DNA of 64,000 nucleotides from Gammaproteobacteria bacterium. GTDB taxonomy: Bacteria; Pseudomonadota; Gammaproteobacteria; VBWC01. Every line of letters begins with the position of its first letter. Position 1 is the first letter of the stretch. Both the position numbers and the translations under genes were made by a program. Shown piece after piece: positions 28,057 through 39,064 of this stretch. Below the pieces are notes generated by a model. The model was given only the letters and a program-made list of their open reading frames with translations. It was not told the DNA's origin and ran no database searches. The stretch is taken from NCBI GenBank assembly GCA_006218035.1, contig VBWC01000003.1:117251-181250 (forward strand), given 5' to 3'.

Positions 28057-29481
28057 ATGGCGGAGTCGACAACCGTAGTACTGATCGATAATGACCTGTC
28101 TCGGCGTCAGCACCTGAAAAATATTATGGACTTTATCGACGATGCGGCCATCGAAGTGGCCGACGTCGACACCTGGCAGGACAAGATCGCCGCGACGGAC
28201 GCCTTGCTGGCGGCTTTCGTAGGCAACTGCGGCTCGGACGAAGCACTGCGGACAACGCTCACGGCACTGCGCGCAAAGCACGCGAACGTGCCGGTGATAC
28301 TACTGTGCTCGCCGGACGCCGACGAGCCGGCGCCGGAAATCGTCCAATTGATCTTCCACAGCCTGAAATTCCCGACCAAGTACCGCGCGATGAACGATCT
28401 GATGCAGCAGATCGAGATTTTCCATGACGGCCAGCGGCGCTCCCGCGGCAACCGGTCGGCGGAACTGTTCCGCAGCCTTGTCGGTAACAGCCGCAAGATT
28501 CGCGACGTCCGTGCGCAGATCGAGCAGGTGGCCAAGTCCGACGCGAATGTCCTGATACTCGGCGAATCGGGTACCGGCAAGGAAGTCGTGGCGCGCAACC
28601 TGCATTACTATTCATCGCGGCGCAACAAGCCGTTTGTGCCGATCAACTGCGGTGCGATCCCGGCGGATCTGCTGGAAAGTGAACTGTTCGGTCACGAGAA
28701 GGGCGCGTTTACCGGCGCGCTGAGCACGCGGCGCGGGCGTTTCGAAATGGCGGAGGGTGGCACGCTGTTTCTGGACGAGATCGGCGATATGACCATGCAC
28801 ATGCAGGTCAAACTGCTGCGCGTGCTGCAGGAGCGGACCTTCGAGCGCGTCGGCAGCAACAAGACCATTACGACGGACGTGCGGATTATCGCCGCCACAC
28901 ACCGAAACCTTGAAAAAGCGATCGAGGACGGCGAATTCCGCGAGGACCTTTATTATCGGTTGAACGTGTTTCCGATCGAGATGCCGCCGTTGCGTGATCG
29001 CGTCGAGGACATTCCACTGCTGGTGAACGAACTGATCAAGCGCCTCGAACACGAGAAACGTAGTTCGGTGCGTCTGACGCAGGCGACCACCGTCGCGCTG
29101 TGCGAATACCACTGGCCGGGTAACGTGCGCGAACTCGCGAACCTGGTCGAGCGCCTGATCATCATGTATCCCTTCAGCGTCGTCGATGTGCATGATCTGC
29201 CGGAAAAATTCCGGGCGAATCTCGGCGAACTGCCACCGAAGGCCATCCAGGAGCCGACCGCGATCCCGGACTACGATGTGTCCGCCGCGACGCGTCTGCC
29301 GCGCGACGGCATCGACCTCAAGAGGCACCTCAGCGAACTTGAGAGCAGCCTGATTCAGCAGGCGCTGGATGATGCAGGCGGAATCGTCGCGCACGCGGCG
29401 AACCGGTTGAAACTGCGCCGTACCACGCTCGTTGAAAAACTGCGGAAATACGGCCTGCACCGCCTCGACGATACGCCGTAA
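28057..29481 (+). CDS. fleQ: sigma-54-dependent flagellar master regulator FleQ/FlrA
   Basis: It has an N-terminal REC-like domain, an AAA+ sigma-54 activator core (GESGTGKEVVARNLH...GAFTGA...ESELFGHEKGAFTGA) and a C-terminal HTH. The start was trimmed to the ATG at 28057 after a GGGAGG ribosome-binding site. Confidence 0.88.
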   Translation: MAESTTVVLIDNDLSRRQHLKNIMDFIDDAAIEVADVDTWQDKIAATDALLAAFVGNCGSDEALRTTLTALRAKHANVPVILLCSPDADEPAPEIVQLIFHSLKFPTKYRAMNDLMQQIEIFHDGQRRSRGNRSAELFRSLVGNSRKIRDVRAQIEQVAKSDANVLILGESGTGKEVVARNLHYYSSRRNKPFVPINCGAIPADLLESELFGHEKGAFTGALSTRRGRFEMAEGGTLFLDEIGDMTMHMQVKLLRVLQERTFERVGSNKTITTDVRIIAATHRNLEKAIEDGEFREDLYYRLNVFPIEMPPLRDRVEDIPLLVNELIKRLEHEKRSSVRLTQATTVALCEYHWPGNVRELANLVERLIIMYPFSVVDVHDLPEKFRANLGELPPKAIQEPTAIPDYDVSAATRLPRDGIDLKRHLSELESSLIQQALDDAGGIVAHAANRLKLRRTTLVEKLRKYGLHRLDDTP

Positions 29482-29541
29482 TCTTGACGACCCTGTCAGT
29501 CAGCCTTTGTAACTGTCTGTTTCTCTGTAATTAGATTTCGC

Positions 29542-29556
29542 GGCATGCTTCTTGCT
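29542..29556 (+). promoter_or_regulatory. sigma-54 type promoter upstream of fleS-fleR
   Basis: CGGCAT-N5-TTGCT has the GG and GC elements 10 nt apart. It lies about 50 nt upstream of the fleS ATG. Confidence 0.55.
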
Positions 29557-29602
29557 CGGTCACTGTGCAGTCAATGTACTACACAGTGGAGCAGGGATCC
29601 GC

Positions 29603-30829
29603 ATGAGTCAGACGGCAGTAGCCAACAAGCGGGAACTGGAAAACGCGTTCCGGACCTTTAATCAGGTCTCGGAGCAGTTGGCCGCCTCCTATCACGCGCT
29701 TGAAGAGCAGGTCCGGCAGCTGACCGCCGAGCTGGCGCACGCGCAGGACCAGCGTATCCAGCAGCTCTCCGAGAAGGAGCGTATTGCCAATCGCCTCGAA
29801 CGTCTGCTCGATGCGTTACCGGCCGGTGTCGTCGTGCTTGACGGTCGCGGCGTCGTGCGCGACGCCAACAGCGCCGCGCGCCGTTTGCTTGGCGAACCGT
29901 TACTCGGCCTTTTTTGGCTGGAAGTCATCAACCGCGCATTCTCCTCGCGACTTGGTGATTTCAATGAAGTCCTTTTGAAAGATGGCCGTGTCACGAGCAT
30001 TTCGACCAACCCGCTCGGTAGCGAACCCGGTCAGATCGTTCTGCTGAACGACATCACCGAAACCTGCTCGTTGCAGGAGAAGCTCGGACGTCACCAGCGT
30101 TTGTCGGCGATGGGCGAAATGGCCGCATCGCTGGCTCACCAGATACGCACTCCGCTGGCATCGGCATTGCTGTATGCCGCGCAAACGGGCAGCGAGAAAC
30201 TCGATGGGGACCGGCGTAAGCGCCTGTCCGAAAGGCTGCTGGCCGGTTTGCGCCAGCTTGAACACATGGTCAACGACATGTTGCTGTTTGCGCGCGGTGG
30301 CGGTGCCGGTACCGACGTCATTGCCATCGACGGACTGCTGGGCGACCTGCAACAAAACCTGGATACCTATTTGCGCGACGGTGTCCGCCGTTTCACCGCC
30401 GTGGACGAAACGCGGGGTGCGGTGCTGACCGGCAACCGCAACGCGCTGATGGGCGCGTTGCAGAACCTGGTTATCAACGCGCTACAGGCGGCTGACGGCA
30501 ACGTCAGCATCCAGGTAATTGCGGTGCGCAACACCGACAAGAGCGGTCAGCCGGTCATCGATATTTCTGTTACCGATAATGGTCCGGGTATCGCGGCCGA
30601 GGTGCGCGACAGAATCTTTGAACCGTTTTTTACCACCCGATCGCAGGGAACCGGGTTGGGACTGGCGGTCGTAGAGGCGGTGGCGCACATGCACAACGGT
30701 GCGGTATGGATGACACCGGCGAACGGTGGCGGGGCGACATTTACCATCCGGGTGCCGTTCGTCGATGCGCACGCCGATGGGGAAGCGCAACTACTGGAAT
30801 TATCTTACGCAGAGAGGAAGGTGGTATGA
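29603..30829 (+). CDS. fleS: flagellar two-component sensor histidine kinase FleS/FlrB
   Basis: It has the H-box SLAHQIRTPLAS and an HATPase region (VTDNGPGI...GTGLGL). It is soluble, with a PAS-like N-terminus. Confidence 0.85.
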   Translation: MSQTAVANKRELENAFRTFNQVSEQLAASYHALEEQVRQLTAELAHAQDQRIQQLSEKERIANRLERLLDALPAGVVVLDGRGVVRDANSAARRLLGEPLLGLFWLEVINRAFSSRLGDFNEVLLKDGRVTSISTNPLGSEPGQIVLLNDITETCSLQEKLGRHQRLSAMGEMAASLAHQIRTPLASALLYAAQTGSEKLDGDRRKRLSERLLAGLRQLEHMVNDMLLFARGGGAGTDVIAIDGLLGDLQQNLDTYLRDGVRRFTAVDETRGAVLTGNRNALMGALQNLVINALQAADGNVSIQVIAVRNTDKSGQPVIDISVTDNGPGIAAEVRDRIFEPFFTTRSQGTGLGLAVVEAVAHMHNGAVWMTPANGGGATFTIRVPFVDAHADGEAQLLELSYAERKVV

Positions 30830-32202
30830 GCCAATGCACCGCTTTGGTAGTGGAAGACGATCGCGCGCTGCGCGAGGCCTTGTGTGACACCCTCGAGCTG
30901 GCCGGTTATCAGGTTGCAGCCGCTGCCGACGGGATCGCCGCGCTCGATATGCTCGCGAAACGCCGCCGCGAAATCGGTGTCGTGGTAAGTGATGTCCAGA
31001 TGCAGCCGATGGATGGCCATGCGCTGCTGAAGAAGATCAAGGCGCAGTATCCGGATCTGCCGGTTCTGCTGATGACGGCGCACGGCACCATCCAGAAGGC
31101 GGTAGAGGCGATGCACGATGGCGCCGCCGATTATCTTGTCAAGCCGTTCGAGGCCGAGGTGCTGGTCAATATGGTCGAGCGGTTTGCGATCCACGACGAC
31201 GGCGATGACGGCACGGCGATTGCCCGTGACCCGGTCAGTGTCGAGTTGTTTGCACTGGCAGGCCGGGTGGCGACCAGCGAGGCCACGGTGCTGATCACCG
31301 GCGAAAGTGGTGCAGGCAAGGAGGTGTTGGCACGTTACATTCACCGGCAGTCGACGCGCAGCGAAGGCGGTTTTATTGCGATCAATTGCGCGGCGATTCC
31401 CGACAACATGCTGGAGGCAACGCTGTTCGGGTACGATAAAGGCGCGTTCACCGGTGCCTATGCAGCGTGCCCCGGCAAGTTCGAACAGGCACAGGGTGGC
31501 ACGCTGCTGCTCGACGAGATATCCGAAATGAGTCTGGGGTTGCAGGCGAAGTTGCTGCGCGTGCTACAGGAGCGCGAGGTCGAGCGTCTGGGCAGCCGTA
31601 AAATGATTGCGCTTGACGTGCGCGTGCTGGCGACATCAAACCGCAACCTCAAAGGCGAGGTCGCCGCCGGGCGTTTCCGCGAGGATTTATTTTATCGCCT
31701 GAGCGTGTTTCCACTGCATATGCCGCCGTTGCGGGACCGTCCGGGAGACATCATCGCGCTCGCGGAGCGGTCTATAGAAAAGGTCTGCCGCCATGCTGGT
31801 CAGCCGGTCCCGGTGTTATCCGGCTTGGCGAAAGCGGCACTGCTTGGGCACCCGTGGCCCGGCAACGTGCGTGAACTGGACAATGTCATGCAGCGCGCGT
31901 TGATTGTCCGTAACGGCCAGTCGATTGAGGCGCAGAACTTGCATTTTGAAAGCACGGCACGGGCGACAACCATGCCGCAGGTGGAATCGCTGGTTGAGGT
32001 TACGCTGGCCGACAAGCTGGACGAGGATCTGAAAACCCACGAACAGCGCCTGATTCTCGAAGCATTGCGCGCGGTTAACGGCAACCGGCAGGTGGCGGCC
32101 CGAAAGCTCGGCATCAGCCCGCGGACGCTGCGCTACAAGCTGTCGCGCATGCGCGACTCCGGCGTAACGGTGCCCAAACGTTACGGACGCGAGTTTGCCT
32201 GA
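30826..32202 (+). CDS. fleR: sigma-54-dependent response regulator FleR/FlrC
   Basis: It has a REC domain (ALVVEDD...VVSDVQMQPMDG), a sigma-54 activator core (GESGAGKEVLARYIH...GAFTGA) and a C-terminal HTH. It forms an ATGA overlap with the fleS stop. Confidence 0.88.
   Translation: MSQCTALVVEDDRALREALCDTLELAGYQVAAAADGIAALDMLAKRRREIGVVVSDVQMQPMDGHALLKKIKAQYPDLPVLLMTAHGTIQKAVEAMHDGAADYLVKPFEAEVLVNMVERFAIHDDGDDGTAIARDPVSVELFALAGRVATSEATVLITGESGAGKEVLARYIHRQSTRSEGGFIAINCAAIPDNMLEATLFGYDKGAFTGAYAACPGKFEQAQGGTLLLDEISEMSLGLQAKLLRVLQEREVERLGSRKMIALDVRVLATSNRNLKGEVAAGRFREDLFYRLSVFPLHMPPLRDRPGDIIALAERSIEKVCRHAGQPVPVLSGLAKAALLGHPWPGNVRELDNVMQRALIVRNGQSIEAQNLHFESTARATTMPQVESLVEVTLADKLDEDLKTHEQRLILEALRAVNGNRQVAARKLGISPRTLRYKLSRMRDSGVTVPKRYGREFA
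32185..32198 (+). promoter_or_regulatory. weak sigma-54-like element upstream of fliE
   Basis: GGACGC-N5-TTGCC has GG/GC spacing of 10 but two mismatches in the -24 box. It lies 60 nt upstream of the fliE ATG. Confidence 0.3.
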
Positions 32203-32254
32203 TCGGCAAACCCCGCGCGCTACGATTCATTCGCGAACACAGGAAAGAACAGTT

Positions 32255-32581
32255 ATGGAAATCAACGACGCCAACATCAATCAATTGCTTGGCCAGATGC
32301 GCGCGATGGAGGCGATGGCAAAGGCACCGCCTGCCGCGGGGCAGGGCGGTGCCTCGCAAACCGACTTTTCGTCGGTGCTGAAGGGCGCTATAGACAAGGT
32401 GAATGAAACGCAACAGGCGGCCGGCGCGCTGGGCGCGGCGTTCGAGGCCGGCGATCCGCAGGTCGACATGACCGAAGTGATGCTGGCGTTGCAGAAGGCG
32501 AGCCTGTCATTTCAGGCGATGACGCAGGTGCGCAACCGGATAATCGGTGCGTATCAGGACGTCATGGGCATGCCGATCTGA
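32255..32581 (+). CDS. fliE: flagellar hook-basal body protein FliE
   Basis: The 108-aa product has the C-terminal FliE motif VMLALQKASLSFQAMTQVRNRIIGAYQDVM. Confidence 0.85.
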   Translation: MEINDANINQLLGQMRAMEAMAKAPPAAGQGGASQTDFSSVLKGAIDKVNETQQAAGALGAAFEAGDPQVDMTEVMLALQKASLSFQAMTQVRNRIIGAYQDVMGMPI

Positions 32582-32646
32582 CGTTTGATCGGATGTGCCG
32601 ATGAGCAGGTATACGGTTGCGAAGCTGACGGAGGTTTAACCGGTTT

Positions 32647-34251
32647 ATGGCGCTGGTAGACACAGAAAAAATGGGTGTGGTCGGGCAGGGATTCAATCAA
32701 CTGCCGGTGCTGCGGCAGCTCGGTCTGTTCATCGGGCTGGCTGCCAGTATCGCCGTCGGGGTGACGGCGGTGATGTGGGCGTGGACGCCGGACTATCGCA
32801 CGCTGTACAGCAACCTCACCGAAAAAGACGTCGGCATGGTGGCCGACGGTTTGGCGAAGGCCGGTGTCGAATACAAGATGGGTGGCGACGGTGGCACCGT
32901 GCTGGTACCCGCCGGCGAAGTGCACAACGCGCGGTTGAAGCTGGCCGCGATGGGCCTGCCGAAAGGCACCGGTACCGGTTTCGAGATACTCGAGGAAGAC
33001 AGCGGCTTCGGCACCAGTCAGTTCCTCGAAAACGCCCGCTACCAGCATGCGCTGGAGGGCGAGCTGTCGCGCACCATCTCCGCCATGACGAATGTGCAGG
33101 GCGCGCGCGTGCACATCGCCGTACCGAAGCAATCGTCATTCGTCCGCGAACCAAAAAAGACCAGCGCATCGGTGCTGGTGAATGTCTATCCGGGGCGGGA
33201 GCTGGATGACGGCCAGGTCGGGGCCATCGTGCATCTGGTTGCGGCCAGTGTGCCGAATCTTGAGGCCGGCGGCGTCACCGTCGTGGATCAGAGCGGCCGT
33301 CTGTTGAATTCGTCGGAAACATCGAATGATGTGCGGATCACGGCCAACCAGTTCACCTATCAGAGAAGTCTGGAAAGCTATTACAGCAAACGCATCGAAT
33401 CGATACTGTCGCCGATCGTCGGCATTGGCGGCGTCAAGGCACAGGTCGTCGCCGATGTCGACTTTACCGTGACCGAGCAGACCCAGGAGTCGTTTAATCC
33501 CGAAACCCCGTCGGTGCGCAGCGAACAGGTCATCGAGGAGAACGGCCACGGTGCGCAGGGCGTCGGTGGCGTTCCGGGTGCGCTGTCGAACCAGCCGCCG
33601 CAAGCGGGAACCCCCGTGCCCGCCGGTGCCGGTACGTCGCTGACCACGCCACCATCGACGACGCGCCGCGCGACCCGCAATTTCGAACTCGACAAGACCA
33701 TCAGCCATACGCGTCAGGCGAGCGGCAAGGTCCAACGGCTGTCGATCGCAGTGGTCGTCGATGACCAGCAAAAGGTCGACGAAAACGGCGAGGTCGCCCG
33801 CACGCCGCACGCACCGGAAGAAATCGAACGCATGACCAACCTCGTCAAGGAGGCGGTCGGTTTCAGCGAAACACGCGGCGATACGATCAACGTGATCAAC
33901 AAGTCGTTCGCCGTCCCGCCGCCCGCTGAACCGTTACCCGAGATACCGTTGCTTGAGCGGGCGTGGGTGCCGTCAGCGATAAAAGTGGGGCTCGCCGGTG
34001 TCCTGATCCTGGTGGTGATGTTCGGTGTGCTGAAACCGATACTGACCGAACTCGCCGCCAAAGGCGTGGCGTTCAAGGGTGCAGCACCGCAAGCGGGCGA
34101 GCTGGCGCTGGTCGGCGGAGAGCCGCGGGTGGCGATCGCGGCGCCGACGCCCCAGCAGAATAATCTGACGACGGCCAAGACCATGGCGACGCAGGAACCG
34201 GCGCGCGTCGCACAGGTGGTCAAAAACTGGGTAGAGAACGATGCCGGTTAA
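32647..34251 (+). CDS. fliF: flagellar MS-ring protein FliF
   Basis: The 534-aa product has an N-terminal transmembrane segment, the YRTLYSNL...AGVEYK FliF motifs and a C-terminal transmembrane segment. Confidence 0.9.
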   Translation: MALVDTEKMGVVGQGFNQLPVLRQLGLFIGLAASIAVGVTAVMWAWTPDYRTLYSNLTEKDVGMVADGLAKAGVEYKMGGDGGTVLVPAGEVHNARLKLAAMGLPKGTGTGFEILEEDSGFGTSQFLENARYQHALEGELSRTISAMTNVQGARVHIAVPKQSSFVREPKKTSASVLVNVYPGRELDDGQVGAIVHLVAASVPNLEAGGVTVVDQSGRLLNSSETSNDVRITANQFTYQRSLESYYSKRIESILSPIVGIGGVKAQVVADVDFTVTEQTQESFNPETPSVRSEQVIEENGHGAQGVGGVPGALSNQPPQAGTPVPAGAGTSLTTPPSTTRRATRNFELDKTISHTRQASGKVQRLSIAVVVDDQQKVDENGEVARTPHAPEEIERMTNLVKEAVGFSETRGDTINVINKSFAVPPPAEPLPEIPLLERAWVPSAIKVGLAGVLILVVMFGVLKPILTELAAKGVAFKGAAPQAGELALVGGEPRVAIAAPTPQQNNLTTAKTMATQEPARVAQVVKNWVENDAG

Positions 34252-35251
34252 GGACAATATCAGCCCGGGCCTGCAAAAGGCCGCGATACTGCTGATGGCC
34301 ATCGGCGAGCAGGAAGCCGCCGAGATCATGAAGCACATGGAGCCGCGAGAGGTGCAAAAACTCGGTTCGGCCATGTCGCGCCTGAGAAACATCGCGAAGG
34401 AAGAGGTCGATTCGGTCATTAACAGCTTTGTCGACACGGTCGAGCGGCAGGCATCGATCGGGCACCAGTCCGATGAATACGTGCGATCGGTCATCGCCAA
34501 GGCGCTGGGCGAAGAGAAGGCGGAGGCGATTACCGACCGCATCCTGAGTCATTCCACGGTATCGGGTCTGGAGCAGCTCAAGTGGCTGGACGCCCGGACC
34601 GTTGCCGGCATCCTCGCCAACGAGCATCGGCAGATTGTTGCGATCGTGCTTTCCTATCTGGAAAGCGATCAGGCCGCCGGGGTGCTGGCGCATTTTCCCG
34701 ATGACGCGCGTCACGAGGTCATTATGCGCATCGCGACGCTGGATGCCGTGCATCCGGCCGCGATCGAGGAACTGAACCGGATCATGGAAACCCAGTTCGC
34801 CACCGACAAGTTCGCGCCGGCATCGTCATACGGCGGCCTCAAGACAGCGGCCGATGTGCTGAATTATCTCGACGTTTCCAGTCTGGAAGCGATCATAGCC
34901 AAGATCAAGGAAATGGAACCGGATCTTGGCGCGCAGCTCGAAGACCTGATGTTTGTGTTCGAGGATCTGATGGAGGTCGACGATCGCGGTATCCAGGCAT
35001 TGATGCGCGAGGTATCGACCGATGCGCTGGTCATCGCGCTGAAGGGCACCAGCGACGGCATCAAACAGAAGATATTCGCCAACATGTCGAAACGCGCTGC
35101 CGAGATGCTGCGTGAGGATCTCGAGGCGAAAGGCCCGGTCAAGGTCAGCGAAGTCGAGCTCGCCCAGAAGGAAATCATTTCCGTGGCACGGCGTCTGGCG
35201 GAGTCCGGCGAGATATCGCTCGGCGGCAAGGGCGGCGAGGAATATGTCTAA
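34241..35251 (+). CDS. fliG: flagellar motor switch protein FliG
   Basis: The FliG motifs KAAILLMAIGEQEAAEIMKHM...MLREDLEAKGPVKVSEVELAQKEI are present. Confidence 0.92.
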   Translation: MPVKDNISPGLQKAAILLMAIGEQEAAEIMKHMEPREVQKLGSAMSRLRNIAKEEVDSVINSFVDTVERQASIGHQSDEYVRSVIAKALGEEKAEAITDRILSHSTVSGLEQLKWLDARTVAGILANEHRQIVAIVLSYLESDQAAGVLAHFPDDARHEVIMRIATLDAVHPAAIEELNRIMETQFATDKFAPASSYGGLKTAADVLNYLDVSSLEAIIAKIKEMEPDLGAQLEDLMFVFEDLMEVDDRGIQALMREVSTDALVIALKGTSDGIKQKIFANMSKRAAEMLREDLEAKGPVKVSEVELAQKEIISVARRLAESGEISLGGKGGEEYV

Positions 35252-35864
35252 GATCATCTCGGCGGAGTCGCTGCAATCTTCCCTGCGCTCCGAAACGCCG
35301 GTGGTGATCGGTGCGGCGCGCGCCGCGCTGCTGGGCGGTTCGGCTTTGCAGAACCGGGTGGAAGAACGCGAGAGGCAGGCGTATCAGGAAGGGCTGAAAC
35401 GCGGTCACAAGGACGGTCTTCACGCCGGCCTGCGCGAAGCGGCGCAGGCCATGGCGCCGCTCGTTGCCGCGCTGCAGCAGCCGCTGGCGAATATCGATGA
35501 GCAACTTGAAGTGCAACTGGTTGAGCTGACGCTGGCGATCGCGCGGCAGCTGATCCGGCGCGAGATCAAGCTGGAACCGGGACAGATTGTCGCGGTTATT
35601 CGGGAATCGCTGGCGGCGTTGCCGGCGGCCTCGCCACGGACGCGTATCGTGCTGCATCCCGACGATCTGGCACTCGCGCGCGAGGCAATACCGGGTCTGG
35701 ATTCCGGTGACGCGATGCAGTGGCAGGAAGACCCGTCGTTGACGCGCGGCGGCTGCCGGGTTATCACCGATATCTCGGCGGTAGACGCTACCGTCGAGGC
35801 GCGTATCGCCGCCGTGGCAGCGCGGCTGCTGGGCGGTGAGCGCGAATCCGATGGCGATAAATAA
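35244..35864 (+). CDS. fliH: flagellar assembly protein FliH
   Basis: It lies in the fliG-fliH-fliI context and has the Glu/Arg-rich helical region [20 protein letters not shown]. The start was trimmed to the ATG at 35244, overlapping the fliG stop. Confidence 0.75.
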   Translation: MSKIISAESLQSSLRSETPVVIGAARAALLGGSALQNRVEERERQAYQEGLKRGHKDGLHAGLREAAQAMAPLVAALQQPLANIDEQLEVQLVELTLAIARQLIRREIKLEPGQIVAVIRESLAALPAASPRTRIVLHPDDLALAREAIPGLDSGDAMQWQEDPSLTRGGCRVITDISAVDATVEARIAAVAARLLGGERESDGDK

Positions 35865-37227
35865 ACCGGACCGGCTGGCGCGTATCGGCACGTCGCTCGC
35901 TGAACGTCGTGCATTGTTGAAAGACGCACCGCCACCGGTGGTTGCCGGAAAACTCACCCGTATGGTCGGGCTGACACTCGAGGCCGTCGGGTGCCAGGCG
36001 CCGGTCGGCGGGCGTTGCCAGATCATCGGCAACAACGGCATGCCGATCGAGGCGGAAGTGGTCGGTTTCGCCAGCGATAAAATCTTTCTGATGCCGACCG
36101 GCGACATACGCGGCCTGGTGCCCAATGCCCGCGTGGTTCCCACCGGCCGCGTATACGAGGCGCTGGTCGGTGAGGCATTGCTCGGACGGGTCGTCGACGG
36201 GGCATGCCATCCGCTGGACGGCAAGGGTCCGTTACGCCTGACCGATACGGTGCCGATTAACGGGGTGCCGATCAATCCGCTGGCCCGCCGGCGTATCGAT
36301 GAACCGCTGGATGTCGGCGTGCGGGCGATCAACGCGTTGTTGACGATCGGCCGCGGCCAGCGCATGGGATTGTTCTCCGGCAGCGGCGTCGGCAAGAGCG
36401 TGCTGCTCGGCATGATGACGCGCTATACCAACGCCGATGTCATCGTCGTCGGCCTGATCGGCGAACGCGGCCGGGAGGTCAAGGAATTCATTGAAAACAG
36501 CCTCGGCGCCGAGGGTCTGAAGCGTTCTATCGTGGTCGCGACGCCGGCCGATCATCCGCCATTGCTGCGTTTGCACGGCGGCATGCTGGCGACGAGTATC
36601 GCCGAGTATTTCCGTGACCGCGGCAAACATGTGTTGTTGCTGATGGATTCGCTGACGCGTTACGCCCAGGCGCAACGCGAGATCGGTCTGGCCATCGGCG
36701 AGCCGCCCGCGACCAAGGGCTATCCGCCGTCGGCGTTTGCCAGGCTGCCGCAGCTGGTGGAGCGCGCCGGCAACGGCAACACGCGCGGCGGCTCGATCAC
36801 CGGTATCTATACGGTGCTGACCGAAGGCGACGATCAACAGGACCCGGTGGCCGATGCCGCGCGTGCCGTGCTGGACGGCCATATCGTGTTGTCGCGGCGG
36901 CTGGCGGACAACGGGCACTACCCGGCGATCGATATCGAGGCATCGATCAGCCGGTCGATGGTGCATGTCACCAGCCCGGACCATCAACGGCTCGCGCGGC
37001 GTTTCAAGCAGCTTTATTCCGGCTACGAAAGCAACCGCGACCTGATCAGCGTCGGCGCCTATGCAAAAGGCAGCGACGCGCGCATCGACGAGGCCATCGA
37101 ACATCACCCGCGCCTTATGCATTTTCTGCGACAGGATATGGACGAACCGGTTGACTATGAACAGAGCATCGGCGGACTGGCGCAGCTGATGGAGCAGCGC
37201 GGTCCGACCGAGCTGGTCAAGCAGTAG
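35836..37227 (+). CDS. fliI: flagellum-specific ATP synthase FliI
   Basis: Walker A is GSGVGKS and Walker B is [13 protein letters not shown]; the T3SS-ATPase fold is apparent. Confidence 0.93.
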   Translation: MSANPMAINKPDRLARIGTSLAERRALLKDAPPPVVAGKLTRMVGLTLEAVGCQAPVGGRCQIIGNNGMPIEAEVVGFASDKIFLMPTGDIRGLVPNARVVPTGRVYEALVGEALLGRVVDGACHPLDGKGPLRLTDTVPINGVPINPLARRRIDEPLDVGVRAINALLTIGRGQRMGLFSGSGVGKSVLLGMMTRYTNADVIVVGLIGERGREVKEFIENSLGAEGLKRSIVVATPADHPPLLRLHGGMLATSIAEYFRDRGKHVLLLMDSLTRYAQAQREIGLAIGEPPATKGYPPSAFARLPQLVERAGNGNTRGGSITGIYTVLTEGDDQQDPVADAARAVLDGHIVLSRRLADNGHYPAIDIEASISRSMVHVTSPDHQRLARRFKQLYSGYESNRDLISVGAYAKGSDARIDEAIEHHPRLMHFLRQDMDEPVDYEQSIGGLAQLMEQRGPTELVKQ

Positions 37228-37257
37228 TCCGGCGTCGGCGAGTGGATGTAGCCCGGT

Positions 37258-37716
37258 ATGATAAAGAAATCGAAGCGATTGCAGCCGGTGGCAAACCTTG
37301 CCGGGACACGCGAACGCGACGCCGCGCGCGCGCTCGGCGACGCGCAGCGCATCCTCAAGGAACACGAGGAGCGGTTGGGCGAGTTGCTGGATTACCAGGC
37401 GCAGTATCATCAACAGTTTCATGATGCCGGCAGCGCAGGGGCCGCGGCACAGCGGCTCAACGACTATCAGGCGTTTTTGACGCGGCTGAAGGAAGGCATC
37501 CGGCACCAGACGACGCGCATACAATTGGCGCGGCTCACCGTCGAAAGGCGCAAGGGCGAATGGATGGAGGCGCGCAGCCGCGCGCAGGCGATGAACAAGG
37601 TGGTCGAGCGTCACGTCAGTCACGAGAAATACCACGAAGACCGCCAGGATCAGCTCGAAACCGACGAACAGGCGCGGGTCGTCACCAACGGTCGTCACGA
37701 TCCGTCGCCGGACTAG
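37258..37716 (+). CDS. fliJ: flagellar export protein FliJ
   Basis: A 152-aa coiled-coil protein follows fliI, with the FliJ-type LQPVANLAGTRERDAARALGDAQ motif. Confidence 0.75.
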   Translation: MIKKSKRLQPVANLAGTRERDAARALGDAQRILKEHEERLGELLDYQAQYHQQFHDAGSAGAAAQRLNDYQAFLTRLKEGIRHQTTRIQLARLTVERRKGEWMEARSRAQAMNKVVERHVSHEKYHEDRQDQLETDEQARVVTNGRHDPSPD

Positions 37717-37821
37717 CCGGCGGCGAACGGGCGACGCGCAGTCCGCCTGGCTGGCACACGGATTGCTCTGTTACTGGCAAAGCCCGGGAACCAATCGCCC
37801 GGAATTACCAGGAAAGAGAGC

Positions 37822-39000
37822 GTGAGTCAGGACATACCCAGCGTTTTACCGGCGAACGTTACTGCCGCGGCGAATCCCGCGGCACTGACGGCAACGCCGC
37901 AAAATCAGCCAGTTGGCGCGCAGAACATCTTCGCCAACCTGCTGGTTGCGCAGTTCAAGGAACGCGGGTTGATGCCGGGCGGAACGCAGACGCTGAATCT
38001 CGATCAGCTCGTCCAGCCCGGGCAAGCATTGCCACAAGGCGGCAAGGCATTGCCGGATTCCTTGCCGGTTGGCGACGATCTGATGCAGATGCTGGAGGCC
38101 GCCAACTCCGCCGATTCGTTGCCGTCGAAGAGGGTCGGCACCGATGACGCGAAGATCGCCGGGAACATGCTGGACGTGGCGTTACGCACCGCGATCGGTG
38201 TGACGCTGGCGGACAAACCGGCCGCACCCGCCGCACCGGTCGCGACGCTCGCCGATACCGATATCGATATACGCTTGCCCGCGGTGCCCATGGTCCGGGA
38301 CAACGCGCTTGTCAGTAACAACCTGCTGGCGCAATTGAACGACACGGCACTGCTCAATCAGATGACCAGCGCGAACAAGCCGGGTGCGCCGCTTGCCGCG
38401 GTCGTCCCGTTCGATCAGTTGCCGGAGTTGCTGGCGCAAAGACTCGCGACCAAATTGAACGGTGCGCCGGCGATCACATCGGCGATCGGCGGCCAGCACA
38501 CCGGTAATATGTTCACCCAGCTTACCGGGGCCTCGCAGGCCATGTCGTCACCGATTCCTGCACAGTCCGTCTTTGTACCGGTCGATCATGCCGACTGGGG
38601 CCATGAGCTCGGTGACCGGGTCCGCTGGCTGGTCACGCAAAACGTCCAGACCGCCGACATCCGCCTGAACCCGCCGGAACTTGGTCCGGTGCGGGTCCAT
38701 ATATCGATAGACCAGGGCCAGGTCAGCGTGACGTTTACCTCTCACCATGCGCAGGTACGCGACGCACTGCAATCGGCGATGGCGAATCTCGGCGACCTGC
38801 TGGCGGAAAGCGGCCTGAATCTGGCCGAGGGCAACGTCGCTGACCAGTCGCCGGGACAGCAAAACGGTGCCGAAAACGAACCTATCGAGGAATTCGGTGC
38901 GGCGGCAGGTGACGACGGTTCTACGCTGGCCGGAGTCTGGCGCGGGGAAGGGATGGTGCGGGCAATGGCGGGCCGGGGGCTGATTGATCACTATGTGTAG
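37822..39000 (+). CDS. fliK: flagellar hook-length control protein FliK
   Basis: It starts at a GTG codon. The N-terminal region is Ala/Pro/Gln-rich, and the conserved FliK C-terminal domain is present (PPELGPVRVHISIDQGQVSVTFTSHHAQVRDALQ). Confidence 0.8.
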   Translation: MSQDIPSVLPANVTAAANPAALTATPQNQPVGAQNIFANLLVAQFKERGLMPGGTQTLNLDQLVQPGQALPQGGKALPDSLPVGDDLMQMLEAANSADSLPSKRVGTDDAKIAGNMLDVALRTAIGVTLADKPAAPAAPVATLADTDIDIRLPAVPMVRDNALVSNNLLAQLNDTALLNQMTSANKPGAPLAAVVPFDQLPELLAQRLATKLNGAPAITSAIGGQHTGNMFTQLTGASQAMSSPIPAQSVFVPVDHADWGHELGDRVRWLVTQNVQTADIRLNPPELGPVRVHISIDQGQVSVTFTSHHAQVRDALQSAMANLGDLLAESGLNLAEGNVADQSPGQQNGAENEPIEEFGAAAGDDGSTLAGVWRGEGMVRAMAGRGLIDHYV

Positions 39001-39004
39001 CTAG

Positions 39005-39026
39005 CAGGCTGTTGAAAAACAGCCTG
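39005..39026 (+). terminator. 9-bp perfect stem-loop (CAGGCTGTT-GAAA-AACAGCCTG) directly after fliK
   Basis: The inverted repeat is read directly. A second short palindrome (GTGCATGGATGCAC) with a TTTTT run follows at about 39031-39055. Confidence 0.5.
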
Positions 39027-39064
39027 CGTGCGGTGCATGGATGCACTGCCATTTTTCAACGGAA

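Noticed and set aside
32582-32646. Possible sigma-54 element before fliF (AGGTAT-ACGG-TTGC)
   Set aside because: The spacing between GG and GC is 9, not 10.
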